DNA from: a bacterium
Lineage (GTDB): Bacteria; Margulisbacteria; Marinamargulisbacteria; UBA817; JABISL01
Assembly: GCA_018700055.1 (NCBI GenBank)
Contig: JABISL010000034.1
Span: forward strand, 1,560-65,559
Direction of reading: 5' to 3'
Length of the DNA: 64,000 nt
The first letter of the stretch is position 1. Each line of letters starts with the position of its first letter. The notes under the pieces were generated by a model that made no database searches, was not told where the DNA came from, and was given only the letters and a program-made list of their open reading frames with translations. Shown here one piece after another: positions 43,301 through 52,721 of the stretch. A program made the position numbers and the translations under genes.

Positions 43301-43749
43301 ACAACTATAAAAAAATGGCTGAAGTTAGTATTGCTGCGTCACTGTTGTTAGGCGATTTTAGTATTTCAGAAGGATTTGAGAAGCATTTTTCAGCGGTATT
43401 GCTTAAAATGAACATGATGTTGATTCAGACTCCGATAGATGGAAAGGGTTTAAAGCATCTAACGCGTGATATTCAGTTTGCGCAGAAACGAAATACTTAT
43501 TCTGAAGTGGAGAAGGAGTGCTGGCGTGATTTGGAACGATATATTAGTTTAACTGTTTCAGATGCGAGGTCTATTGATAGAGTCTCCGAAGAAAAGGTTT
43601 CAGTTGCTAGGCAAGAAGCCCTCAATGATATCTGGCAGAGCCTACAAGGCAGTGTGTTAGGAGCGGAAGATAGACCCCCGCTGCCGCCTGAAAAAAAAAT
43701 GTCACGGCGAGGGACAAAGAGCTTGTTTAAAGTGGCTTCGAACTCTTAA
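40396..43749 (+). CDS. large (1117 aa) hypothetical protein with no recognisable domains; candidate orphan / effector-like protein
   Basis: Long uninterrupted ORF. It has an S/P-rich N-terminus with SP/TP motifs and a Pro-rich C-terminus (RPPLPPEKK). It has no signal peptide and no TM. Confidence 0.5.
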   Translation: MNMFNKVLFKVLAVVSRDVHQTSAVFGTLTVTERMETVFSDMLKVIDEQFPADLTLVHTDGPARESLSVSPPLPRAGSQDGRESKMSSPLRAYTRTMTPTDIPDRNDEVSEPFSVLSNVLDEMSQSNLQVGDEIVPLSVFYMYLRILEREFETAVVSYTSGIGDFIQALQDYMREHNANPIGAIHNFHQHLLGERTLASEWIEKHQIAGDDNEGGWESELKKIFKQANSSMVSVGVSFQKDANYFDRNYTAFRKYWDLMEPTYSMGMGMSRNNKRQYFLMAATFSRVLAQRLGDLYSDSPLPEFNWRNVLYDSFMSTLPVSKPAIGLDTFMNELMKKPELIKKESFFVNGDHCDLLIFDNRKKGLFNGFESEAYGMLCSQFHEAWALALTELGMDRVRQVTTPFGGGYMEADFITLVACKPGDKFDSLKAFFTSKYSISEIVSSGDFEKKYQGDIFMGGCYVPPKDQGLQVGEIAAFFTLKEGLNCVAKDIVITRDGNTVPLKYDDLVRVTNSTRTNSSKAIGALEKVGFGLMGRFQEYEKRADVLIDALSKTDKALVTEMCNAHFLLNREGMTNDYGQPDLPMYNEYDHPVVNTRDFFWVPEVYQESQPVMEKMDDLDRLVLAIQADFDSRAGSTEAIQMVRKEMLSRIDRLGVFKQYLIDNVEKQDRFFEFMARQWEVFQEEVPDDFSTVRRQYFDHCHPARSDEYRPPKQLACFNTGLVREALPPTWDVEQFRPDLLKKNRTLVAFFMCLRHLGDSLYVSHDLDQSRLGKAIKMIRGFQKMETNLETKLQATIYPKVTRIFGSQEEVSGGELFDAEGRGITKEKINEMFLEMKGLLAFVPKAQWRLLQKNQIVVDFYGTMNIMQSLVACLDCLEQVQNEGVSPSFFDSLKSLIKLVSDLEKMLSRAQSGDVLFDGEEKPLQWMGVLSLSKQMYLQTAIGDTLSPLYGVLTSQIRQSLLAHPESFLDNYKKMAEVSIAASLLLGDFSISEGFEKHFSAVLLKMNMMLIQTPIDGKGLKHLTRDIQFAQKRNTYSEVEKECWRDLERYISLTVSDARSIDRVSEEKVSVARQEALNDIWQSLQGSVLGAEDRPPLPPEKKMSRRGTKSLFKVASNS

Positions 43750-43758
43750 TTCATCACA

Positions 43759-46719
43759 ATGATTATTCTTTATTCTATTATTATTTGTCTAAATGTAGGG
43801 TTGGGGTTTTTAGCGTTATTTAAAAATAATAATCAAAAAGGACTCGTTCAAACGAGAGCGGCTTTTTTTAATCTTTCTTGTTTTTGTGCGCTTTGGGTTC
43901 TGTCAGTCTGTATGGTGAAATATGGGGCTAGTCCAATTTTTTGGATCAAAATGGCCTTTTTTTCGGGGATAGGGTTTGTCTTTAGTTTTTTGTTGATGAT
44001 ACTCAGATACCCTACTCATATAAACCTTCCTAAATGGGTTTGGGGGTTAGTGATTGGGGGGGCAGTCTTGTTATGCGGGCTGAGTTTTACGCCTCTAATT
44101 GTTCAAGGGTTTGATGCAAGTGCACACCAGGTAAACTATGGCCCTTTATATAGGGTGGTGGTCTATTATATTTCGGCGTTAATTTTGACTTCTGGATTTC
44201 TGGCTATTCATCAGTATAGAAAAGGAAGTGGTTTGGATCGATTGCGTGTCTTTTATTTGATATCAGGGATGTTGTTTTCTTTTGTTGGTATCTATATTAC
44301 CAATATTCTTCTTCCAAATTTGTTGCATACAAACAAAAGTAGTGCCTATGGACCTTTGTTTTTGACTGTATTTTTGGCGACGACAGTTTACTCTATTCTG
44401 AAGCATCGTCTTATGGAAATTGATCTTGTGATCAAAAAAGGCGTGTTTTATTTTCTGCTTACTACATGTTTGTCCCTCCCGGTTTTATTTTTGTTTATGG
44501 TAACAAGTATTCTTACAGCAGATGAATCTGGACTCACGCTCTTTTTTTGTTTTGGGTTTGTAGCCATAAGTATTGTTCTTTTGTATCCCCATCTTATTGA
44601 AATTATTGACCATATTACAGAACGGTTGTTTTTTCGGAAGCCAACGGATTACCAAGCATTAACGACGGATATTAGTGGTCGTCTTTCTAGAGTTATCACC
44701 GAGACGCAATTGGCAGATGTTCTGGTTCGAGTAATGACGGATCGATTAAAATTGTATGGTGCAAGTTTATATGTTTTAAGGGGAACGGGAGCGTTTTCTC
44801 GGGTGGAAGGGGTAGGGTCTATGAAAAATATTCCTGAGGTATTACCTGAGGACCATCCCGTGATTCAATGGTTTAAATATCGCCCTTGTAGTGTTTACCC
44901 TAATGAACCTGTTTTTGATGTTAGTGATATTCCACAAAAAGAGTTGTTTACACAAGAAATGTCTTTTTTTATGGTAAACGGTGTTGGTGTAGGGATTCCT
45001 TTTATGTATGAGGGCCGTTTGATGGGGTTTTTGTTATTAACTGAAAAATTGTCTCAGAAAGCGTTTACTCAGAACGATACATTGTTTTTTGAGATGGTTT
45101 CGAATCAAGCTGTTACTGTGCTACAAAATATGGTGAGTATCGCTGAAGTAAAGCAACAAATATCGACATTAAATGACTTGAATGCGTTTGCGGTAAGGGT
45201 TTCTGAAACGTTGGAGTCGGATGCTATTTTTGAGGTTTTTTCTACGGATGCTAAAAAGTTTTTGGGATTTGATTGGGTGATATGTAGTGACTCAACCAAG
45301 CTTTTAGGCGATGAAAGTGGCGCGTCTTGGTTTGATAGGGACAGTGATTCAAAAAAAATAAAGCCTTTTCCATGTAGTGCCTATAAAGAGTATGTTCTTC
45401 AGTTAGATTCCGAGTATGGTCCGTTTGTACTGTCTTCGGATATGCATCCTGAGCTGACAAAATATAAGGACTATTTGACGGAGCAATTGGGGAACCATAG
45501 AGTGATCGGGATTCCTTTTTTACATAGTGGAAAGCTGATGGGGATAGCATTGGGAGGATTATCCAATGTTCGATCAGAATTGTCTCCTCGTAAGATGATG
45601 ATGTTGGGGACCTTGGCTCAACAAACGGCTGTGGCATTATATAACGCCCATCTCTATGAAGAAATGCGTCAAATGCAGTCTTATCATGAGGCTATACTAG
45701 GTAACATGACGAGTGGTGTGGTGGTTTTAGATGACCAGAACTGTGTGGCTTTGGTAAATCAAGCGTTTGCGACAAGTATTTCAATGCAGAGAGAGGCGAT
45801 GGTACATGTTTCGATTGATGATCTTATTAAAAAGAACAGAGCTTTGATAGCGTTGACGGAGAACCGAGGGCCTCGGCAGCCGGTAGAAATTATCTTGAAA
45901 AATGAAACAGGGATGCATGACTACTCCCTAAGTGTGGAAGAAATCCCGTTTGGGGAGGTTGTATATCGAGTAGGTGTTCTTAGTGATTTGACGTCGATTA
46001 AAAAGCTTCAGAAACAAATGATTCATGCTGATCGATTGTCATCGTTAGGGACCATGGCTGCGGGGATTGCCCATGAAATTCGAAATCCGCTTTCAGCTGT
46101 TTTGTTATGTACTGAAATGCTTCAAACCAAATGGGAGGATAACGGGTTTACGAAGACGTATGTGGATACAGTGGATACACAAGTCACTCGTATTAATACG
46201 CTCTGTCAGTCACTGCTACGCTTGGGAAAACCTCAAAAGCCGAGGTTGGACGAAGTATCACTTCGCCAAGTGTTTCAAGAAATGGAGGATTTGTTAGGGG
46301 TTAAGTTTCGGGAGAAAAGTGTCTCTTTTGAGAGTCGTGTAACGCAAGAGTGTTCAGTATATGCAGACCGAAATCAATTGGTTCAAGTATTAATAAATAT
46401 TATTTTGAATGCATTGGATGCAGTTCCTGATACGGGTGGCGTTATTTGGTTTTCTTATGAGTCGAGTGGGGAGATTGCAGTTATCAGGATTCATGATAAT
46501 GGAAAAGGGATTCCTTCTGATGATATTTCTAAGGTATTTGATCCGTTCTTTACTAACAAAGAGCAAGGGACGGGGCTTGGATTGTCGATTGTTCATCAAA
46601 TTATTCAAGATCATAGAGGTACAATATCGGTTCAATCTAGTCCTGATCAGGGGACAGAGTTTGTTATATCGATTCCCTTATTTGCCATTAGACGAGTGCC
46701 TAAGGAATTAATGGTATGA
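43759..46719 (+). CDS. sensor histidine kinase with an N-terminal multi-TM (HK 7TM-like) domain plus GAF, PAS, HisKA and HATPase_c domains; paralog 1
   Basis: 986 aa with about 8-9 N-terminal TM segments. It has the H-box SLGTMAAGIAHEIRNPL and ATP-lid motifs DNGKGIP and GTGLGLSIVHQII. Confidence 0.8.
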   Translation: MIILYSIIICLNVGLGFLALFKNNNQKGLVQTRAAFFNLSCFCALWVLSVCMVKYGASPIFWIKMAFFSGIGFVFSFLLMILRYPTHINLPKWVWGLVIGGAVLLCGLSFTPLIVQGFDASAHQVNYGPLYRVVVYYISALILTSGFLAIHQYRKGSGLDRLRVFYLISGMLFSFVGIYITNILLPNLLHTNKSSAYGPLFLTVFLATTVYSILKHRLMEIDLVIKKGVFYFLLTTCLSLPVLFLFMVTSILTADESGLTLFFCFGFVAISIVLLYPHLIEIIDHITERLFFRKPTDYQALTTDISGRLSRVITETQLADVLVRVMTDRLKLYGASLYVLRGTGAFSRVEGVGSMKNIPEVLPEDHPVIQWFKYRPCSVYPNEPVFDVSDIPQKELFTQEMSFFMVNGVGVGIPFMYEGRLMGFLLLTEKLSQKAFTQNDTLFFEMVSNQAVTVLQNMVSIAEVKQQISTLNDLNAFAVRVSETLESDAIFEVFSTDAKKFLGFDWVICSDSTKLLGDESGASWFDRDSDSKKIKPFPCSAYKEYVLQLDSEYGPFVLSSDMHPELTKYKDYLTEQLGNHRVIGIPFLHSGKLMGIALGGLSNVRSELSPRKMMMLGTLAQQTAVALYNAHLYEEMRQMQSYHEAILGNMTSGVVVLDDQNCVALVNQAFATSISMQREAMVHVSIDDLIKKNRALIALTENRGPRQPVEIILKNETGMHDYSLSVEEIPFGEVVYRVGVLSDLTSIKKLQKQMIHADRLSSLGTMAAGIAHEIRNPLSAVLLCTEMLQTKWEDNGFTKTYVDTVDTQVTRINTLCQSLLRLGKPQKPRLDEVSLRQVFQEMEDLLGVKFREKSVSFESRVTQECSVYADRNQLVQVLINIILNALDAVPDTGGVIWFSYESSGEIAVIRIHDNGKGIPSDDISKVFDPFFTNKEQGTGLGLSIVHQIIQDHRGTISVQSSPDQGTEFVISIPLFAIRRVPKELMV

Positions 46720-49655
46720 GGTGGGTTTATGTTCTTTTGGTTTTTTTGACCTTACTAATCACTTCATTTCGGGTAATATTTCATGCTCGACCTAGCAGTC
46801 GTTGGTTTTTTTCGTTATTTGGGTTTTCTACTATATTGTGGACAGCGTCTACATATTTGATGATTTATATGGAAACAGCCGCTTTGTTGTGGACCCGAAT
46901 TACCTTTGTTGGGCCTGTAATTTTTATTGTAGCGCTTAACTATTTTGTGCATGATTACCCTGCGCCTTTGTCGATGTCACGATGGGTGAAGTGGAGTCTT
47001 TTGAGCTTAGGAATCGTACAGTGTATATCTGTTTTTTTTCCTTGGGTTGTTTTGTCAGTTGGCCCGTATCCAGAGATTGTTTATGGCCCTGGATTTTCTG
47101 TATATACGGGGCTATCTCTTTTAGGCCTTGGAAGAGTGTTTCGTATTCTGATTCGGCAGCAAAAAGAACTGATTGGATATGAGCGCCTTTGTGCACGTTA
47201 CTTTATTTATGCCTTGATAGGCTTGGTGGTAGTTCCAATTATTTCGAACCTATTGTTACCGTTGTGTGGCATTACGGATTGGACCTGGTTGGGGATTTGT
47301 TCGTTAATGATTTTTCCTGTCATTCTTAGTATTCCTGTATTGGGGTATAACCGAGTGCAATTGATCTCGATATTGCAGGAGATGATGTATTATACATTTT
47401 TATCTATAGCAGTAGGGTCTATCTATGCTGGGACGACGTATATGGTTCGATTGATACCTGGGTTTGGCAAGTCTAGTAGTATGGGACTAATACTCTTGGT
47501 TTCTATAGGCGTTATGCTATTAATTCCTAAGTTGCAGTTGTTTTTTCGATATGTGGTTAATTTGATTTTTTTCCGCCAACATTTTGACTATCAAAAAACG
47601 TTAAGGGAACTTAGTGACAGGTTGCATTCAATGATTCATTTGGATGGCATTGCAACCACGCTGACTTCGGCATTGCCAGTTGCCTTAAAAGTGGATCAAG
47701 TTCGCTTGTTATTGCGAGTTCCGGATGGACGATATGTTCAACATGGACATTATCTAACAGATGGTCATGAATTAAGTGAGACGGACGCTATTTCGAAGCA
47801 GTTGAAAAAGAGCTCTAATGGATTGGAGTATGACGCTATTCAACTTGAAAGAGATTTTTGTGAAGGGGATAAAAAAAGTGAGATGACTCGCCTTTTGGCC
47901 CGCATGTCTGAGTTGGGATATAAACTTTGTTATCCACTTATTATTTCAGGTCAATTAGAGGGCATATTATGCATTGGGGCTAAGCGAATGTTTGTTCCTT
48001 TTAATCGGGATGATGTCGTTCTTGTTGAAAGTATAGTGAACCATACGGTTTTGGCGATTCAAAATGCGCATATCTTCCATGAATTGGAAGAAAATAGAGA
48101 TACATTACAAGCGTTGAATCGGTTTTGTGCTCAGATGAGTACATCGGTGTCTGTTACGAAGCTTTGTGATGATGTGTCGGATGTGCTGGCCTATTTTTTA
48201 GGGCTTAAGAATACGATTGTTTATCGTGAACATTATCAGACGAGAGAGATGGAGCTAGTGTCGATTACAGGGGATGGATTATTTCAAAATGGCAGATGGG
48301 ATTTAGAGGTAGATGATATATTACTTCATTGGCAGGCAAGTAGATCGAGCATGGCGCCTTTTGTTTATACGGATGACTTAAACCATCCCTATAGGAAAGG
48401 GCTTAAACGAGTGATGGATATGTTTGGTGCAAGTCAAATGTTGGTGATTCCATTGTTAGTAGGTGAGCGTGTCATTGGTTGTGTTTTTGGGCTATCCAAG
48501 ACTTCTATCGACTATATTGCGATGAGTAGAAAACAGGTCTTGGGGACCATCGCTCAAGAGTGTGCGGTGGCTCTTAATAACGTTCGTTTATATGACTATA
48601 TGACTCAGCTCAAAAACTATCATGAGTCTATCTTACATAACATGGGAACGGGTGTTTTGGTTTGTGATGAGCAAGGGCAAATAGTCAATTGTAATAAGTT
48701 GGCAGGGGGTCTTTTTGGACAGTATCCAAGTGATTTGTTGGGTCGGCAGCTATCGGAATTAGCAGTTAAGGTCCCGTCACTTTCGATTATTTTGGAAACG
48801 TTTGATACTGGAAATAAGATTGAGGAAATAATGTTGAAAATAGACTCGAATTCCTTACACTATTCATTAATGACGAGTACAATTACTGTTTCTGATAAAC
48901 GATTTGTGATTGCTGTCTTTCATGATATAAATCCCATTAAACAGTTGCAGCGGCAAGTAGAGCAGGTGGATCGTTTGGCTTCGTTAGGGACAATGGCGGC
49001 GGGTGTAGCGCACGAAATTAGAAATCCATTGGTATCTGTAAAAACATTTTCTCAGCTTATTCCATCACGAAAGAATGACCCTAGTTTTCGAGAAGAGTTT
49101 GCGAAAATTGTTATCCCACAAGTGGAACGGATTAATGATATGTGCCAATCTCTTTTGGATCTTGGGCGCCCTAGGAAGCCTGAATTGGGCGCTCTATTTC
49201 TTAAACCAGTTCTTTCTAAATTAGCGACGATTACTCAGGTAGAAGCGAGTTCTGCTAATGTGACCTTAACAATTTATTGCGATGAGGACGTTCAGATAAT
49301 GGCCGATTTGTCACAAATTTCTCAGGTGTTTCTTAACTTACTAATGAATGCCTATCAATCGATGCCCGATGAGGGTGGAGAGGTTGTGATTCAGATTGAT
49401 ACATCTAACGCAGAGTTTGTGTCTATTCGGGTTTCAGATAATGGCTGTGGAATGACTTCAGATCAAATGGATCAAATATTTGATCCATTTTTTACTCTTA
49501 AAGACCAAGGAACGGGGTTGGGGCTATCGGTGGTTCATCAGATATTAAAAGATCATGGCGGAACGATTGAAGCTGAGTCTGAAGAAGGAAAAGGAACTTG
49601 TTTTACACTACGTTTGGCGGTTGTTAAAAAATCGGATCTATTAACCTTGGCTTAA
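46716..49655 (+). CDS. sensor histidine kinase, paralog 2 (same architecture); its start overlaps the paralog 1 stop (ATGA)
   Basis: 979 aa with multi-TM, GAF and PAS regions. It has the H-box SLGTMAAGVAHEIRNPL and HATPase motifs DNGCGMT and GTGLGLSVVHQIL. Confidence 0.8.
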   Translation: MRWVYVLLVFLTLLITSFRVIFHARPSSRWFFSLFGFSTILWTASTYLMIYMETAALLWTRITFVGPVIFIVALNYFVHDYPAPLSMSRWVKWSLLSLGIVQCISVFFPWVVLSVGPYPEIVYGPGFSVYTGLSLLGLGRVFRILIRQQKELIGYERLCARYFIYALIGLVVVPIISNLLLPLCGITDWTWLGICSLMIFPVILSIPVLGYNRVQLISILQEMMYYTFLSIAVGSIYAGTTYMVRLIPGFGKSSSMGLILLVSIGVMLLIPKLQLFFRYVVNLIFFRQHFDYQKTLRELSDRLHSMIHLDGIATTLTSALPVALKVDQVRLLLRVPDGRYVQHGHYLTDGHELSETDAISKQLKKSSNGLEYDAIQLERDFCEGDKKSEMTRLLARMSELGYKLCYPLIISGQLEGILCIGAKRMFVPFNRDDVVLVESIVNHTVLAIQNAHIFHELEENRDTLQALNRFCAQMSTSVSVTKLCDDVSDVLAYFLGLKNTIVYREHYQTREMELVSITGDGLFQNGRWDLEVDDILLHWQASRSSMAPFVYTDDLNHPYRKGLKRVMDMFGASQMLVIPLLVGERVIGCVFGLSKTSIDYIAMSRKQVLGTIAQECAVALNNVRLYDYMTQLKNYHESILHNMGTGVLVCDEQGQIVNCNKLAGGLFGQYPSDLLGRQLSELAVKVPSLSIILETFDTGNKIEEIMLKIDSNSLHYSLMTSTITVSDKRFVIAVFHDINPIKQLQRQVEQVDRLASLGTMAAGVAHEIRNPLVSVKTFSQLIPSRKNDPSFREEFAKIVIPQVERINDMCQSLLDLGRPRKPELGALFLKPVLSKLATITQVEASSANVTLTIYCDEDVQIMADLSQISQVFLNLLMNAYQSMPDEGGEVVIQIDTSNAEFVSIRVSDNGCGMTSDQMDQIFDPFFTLKDQGTGLGLSVVHQILKDHGGTIEAESEEGKGTCFTLRLAVVKKSDLLTLA

Positions 49656-49680
49656 ACTTTTCGCTTAGTGATCGATAATA

Positions 49681-51876
49681 GTGAGTATGAAAATACTCTC
49701 TTCTAAATCTCGAAACTTTGGTAGTGAAATGTCTATGGGCGTGTTGTCTGCTTTGAGTATGGTTTTGGCGGGTGTTTCATTTTCAGCATTGATATTTACA
49801 GGGCCCTTATTGCCCTACTTGCCGGTGGGTTTAAGTTTGATATTGGTAGGTTGGGGTGTTGCGACTCTTTATAGCACCTTTCGTACCAAGGTTCCGACTC
49901 AATTAATGGGACCTCAAGATAAACCTATAGTGATATTAGCCAGTATGGTTATTTCGTCATCTCTAGGACTTTATACCTTTCAGGAACATGCCCTTTTTTC
50001 TACGATTATGACGATTGTGGTCGCCACTAACCTCATATTTGGATTGGCGATGATTGTGGTAAGTCGGTATCGTCTCAGTCGTATGGCTGAGTATATCCCC
50101 TATCCCGTTGTTGGTGGATTTCTAGCTGGTACGGGCTACTACTTTTTGGATGCAGCGATCTATGTTTTAACTGGGATGAAGTTGTCTATTGTAACGATTC
50201 CTAACTTGCTTTCCTGGCCGACAGTGTTCTTATGGGGCCCTTCCTTGGTCATGGGGTTAATCATGTTTGTTTTGATTCGTCGTCTAAAAAAATCTTGGGT
50301 TATGCAAGCGTGTGTTGCGGTTTTGTGGCTCGGTTTCTTTTTGGTTTCTTTTTATATGGGGTTTGATATGGAGACCCTTCGGGAAGCGGGTTTTTTCTTT
50401 CAGCCCATTTCAAATACATCCTTTTCTTTTTGGATACAGTCATACCATTTTGATTCGATTCATTGGCTATTCATTCGTGATCATCTCGGAGACATTATTG
50501 CTTTATTATTATTATCATTTTTGGGAGCATTGTTGAATCTGACGGGGTTAGAACTGGGCTTAAGACAAACGGTTGATACGGATCATGAACTTCGAGTGGT
50601 GGGTGAGGTTAATTTACTTATGACCTTCTTCGGGGGGTTACTTAGTTATACCCAAATTGGACCGACGCTTCTTTATTCTAGAGCTGGAGCTTCGACTCGT
50701 GTGCTGGGGATAATTACTGCGATTGGTTGTTTTCTTTGTGGGTTGTTTGGGACTGGGGTTATCGCATTTATTCCTAAGATGGTGTTAGGGGCACTTATCT
50801 TGGTATTTGCTATGGAATTCCTTTATACATGGATTTTTGCGATTAGGCGTCATATTACCAAGATTGAGTATGGTGTCATCTTAATGATTCTTGCGGCGAT
50901 TGTTGTTGTAGGCTTTTTGGAAGGGATCTTATTAGGTCTTTGCGTATCGATCGTAATGTTTGTTGTTAATTATAGTCGGATTAACGTGGTTAGATCGGTA
51001 TTAAGTGGCGTAGAAACGCGTAGTAATGTGGTGAGAGATGTTGATCAAAAAAGGTATTTGGAGTCGTTGGGTGCATCTGTAAATATTCTTATGTTACATG
51101 GGTATGTGTTTTTTGGATCTGCTACCCATTTAATGGGGACGATTAAAGCCTGTTTTTCAGGCAAGGGAAGACAGAAGGTAAAGTATATTATTTTGGATTT
51201 TCGCTTGGTTCATGGCATGGATTCGTCTTCAATATTTGTGTTTGGTAAGTTGTCACATTTTATTCATAAACATAATGTGCATTTGGTACTTACAGGCCTA
51301 TCGGATACGATTCGTCATGCCTTGTACGTCCATGATTTTTTTGTAGATGAGCGGTGTCATTACTTCAAAAACTTTGACTTAGGTATGGAATGGGTAGAAA
51401 CCCAGATATTATTTGGTCGCAAAACAGAAAAGAACGATCGCCCCACAGCCAAGGGGTACTTGATGGAAGTATTGCATGACTCTGAAAAAGCAGACGCTCT
51501 TCTGGGGTATCTAACGCCGGGGACGTTTCAACGAGGGGATGCCATTATTCAAGAAGGGGACCAAGGCGATCAAGTATTCTTTTTAGTACAAGGAAAGGTC
51601 TCTGTCTATATGCAAGGCTCTGGGGACAGGCCGATTCGACTACGTTCTTTTTCAGCGGGGACGTTGGTGGGCGAAATGAGTCATTACTTGAGTTATGAGC
51701 GCTCAGCTAGTGTAATTGCTGATACGGATTGTAAAGGATATGTGATTTCTCATGATGCCTTGATGCGTCTTTTTCAAGAAAGACCGAAAGTAGCAGCGGC
51801 TTTTCATGAACTATGTGCGCGCCTCATGGCAGAGCGCATCTATCATATGAACAAGCAGCTCAAATCTCTTTTTTAA
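49681..51876 (+). CDS. SulP-family anion transporter fused to a STAS domain and a C-terminal cyclic-nucleotide-binding domain
   Basis: 731 aa with a polytopic SulP core. It has a STAS-like segment (YIILDFRLVHGMDSSSI) and a cNMP-binding domain (GDQVFFLVQGKVSV...FSAGTLVGEMS). Confidence 0.75.
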   Translation: MSMKILSSKSRNFGSEMSMGVLSALSMVLAGVSFSALIFTGPLLPYLPVGLSLILVGWGVATLYSTFRTKVPTQLMGPQDKPIVILASMVISSSLGLYTFQEHALFSTIMTIVVATNLIFGLAMIVVSRYRLSRMAEYIPYPVVGGFLAGTGYYFLDAAIYVLTGMKLSIVTIPNLLSWPTVFLWGPSLVMGLIMFVLIRRLKKSWVMQACVAVLWLGFFLVSFYMGFDMETLREAGFFFQPISNTSFSFWIQSYHFDSIHWLFIRDHLGDIIALLLLSFLGALLNLTGLELGLRQTVDTDHELRVVGEVNLLMTFFGGLLSYTQIGPTLLYSRAGASTRVLGIITAIGCFLCGLFGTGVIAFIPKMVLGALILVFAMEFLYTWIFAIRRHITKIEYGVILMILAAIVVVGFLEGILLGLCVSIVMFVVNYSRINVVRSVLSGVETRSNVVRDVDQKRYLESLGASVNILMLHGYVFFGSATHLMGTIKACFSGKGRQKVKYIILDFRLVHGMDSSSIFVFGKLSHFIHKHNVHLVLTGLSDTIRHALYVHDFFVDERCHYFKNFDLGMEWVETQILFGRKTEKNDRPTAKGYLMEVLHDSEKADALLGYLTPGTFQRGDAIIQEGDQGDQVFFLVQGKVSVYMQGSGDRPIRLRSFSAGTLVGEMSHYLSYERSASVIADTDCKGYVISHDALMRLFQERPKVAAAFHELCARLMAERIYHMNKQLKSLF

Positions 51877-52721
51877 GGGTTGTTAATACCGCCGATGGAT
51901 TCAAATAGTTTTTCGTGAGATTTGATGAGCTTTTTGGCAGTGGTAGTTACTCCTTCGTGTATAGGCGTCATCATAAAAAGGGCACCAACGCCTGGCGGTT
52001 CATTGGATCGTTCCATATAGCCTTGCGCTACGAAGTATTGAGGGTCTTCTAGGATAGTGGCTTTTTCAGGGTCCATGATATAGAAAAAGGTACCTTCAAA
52101 TGTCCATAAACCTTGTGTGTTTTCAAACCCAGTAATTTTGAGACGATCGACATATTCTCCATTTATGTCATAGATTTTTCCATTTCGTTTAATTAACGGA
52201 TTATCTGTTGTGAGATAGATGTAGCCATTTTCTCCTAATATTGGATAGCTATGCGCTAGCGTAATGAGCATGCCATCCCGACTAAGTGTGCAGCGTCCAT
52301 CGGAGACAAAGCTCCATGTGCCATCGGGAAGCTCTACTGTAAAAAAATTGGTGCGTCCGCTGATGTAGAGGTCCAATGCACGATTAGTATGTGTGGCTCC
52401 TTCTTTGGCCCAATCCATGAATTGTATGGGGACTAGATCCTTGTTTTCGTTGTAATACATTGCGATTTTTTGGCGTTTGTATCCCGGCATGGTGGCATTT
52501 ACGGTAGAGAGCAAGTAGTGTTTGAAGTAGTTGTCATACCCCGACATGCTTTGCCCGATGACCTTGAGATAATGTGGGTAAGTGGTGGTGTTATCAGACA
52601 AGTCTCGTTGTACGTAAGTATTATCTGGCCACGTTTTGGCCATAGGTGCGGGAACGCCGATGTTGGCGATAGCATGTGAAGCTATGGCGATTAGGGTTAG
52701 AAAAGTTAATAGACGACTCAT
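51873..52721 (-). CDS. secreted hypothetical protein
   Basis: 282 aa with a signal peptide (LTFLTLIAIASHAIA). I recognise no motifs. Its start overlaps the upstream gene stop. Confidence 0.35.
   Translation of the reverse strand: MSRLLTFLTLIAIASHAIANIGVPAPMAKTWPDNTYVQRDLSDNTTTYPHYLKVIGQSMSGYDNYFKHYLLSTVNATMPGYKRQKIAMYYNENKDLVPIQFMDWAKEGATHTNRALDLYISGRTNFFTVELPDGTWSFVSDGRCTLSRDGMLITLAHSYPILGENGYIYLTTDNPLIKRNGKIYDINGEYVDRLKITGFENTQGLWTFEGTFFYIMDPEKATILEDPQYFVAQGYMERSNEPPGVGALFMMTPIHEGVTTTAKKLIKSHEKLFESIGGINNP

Noticed and set aside
45105-45637. Antisense ORFs within histidine kinase 1 (64 and 128 aa)
   Set aside because: They are shadow ORFs in a long, well-supported sensor kinase gene.
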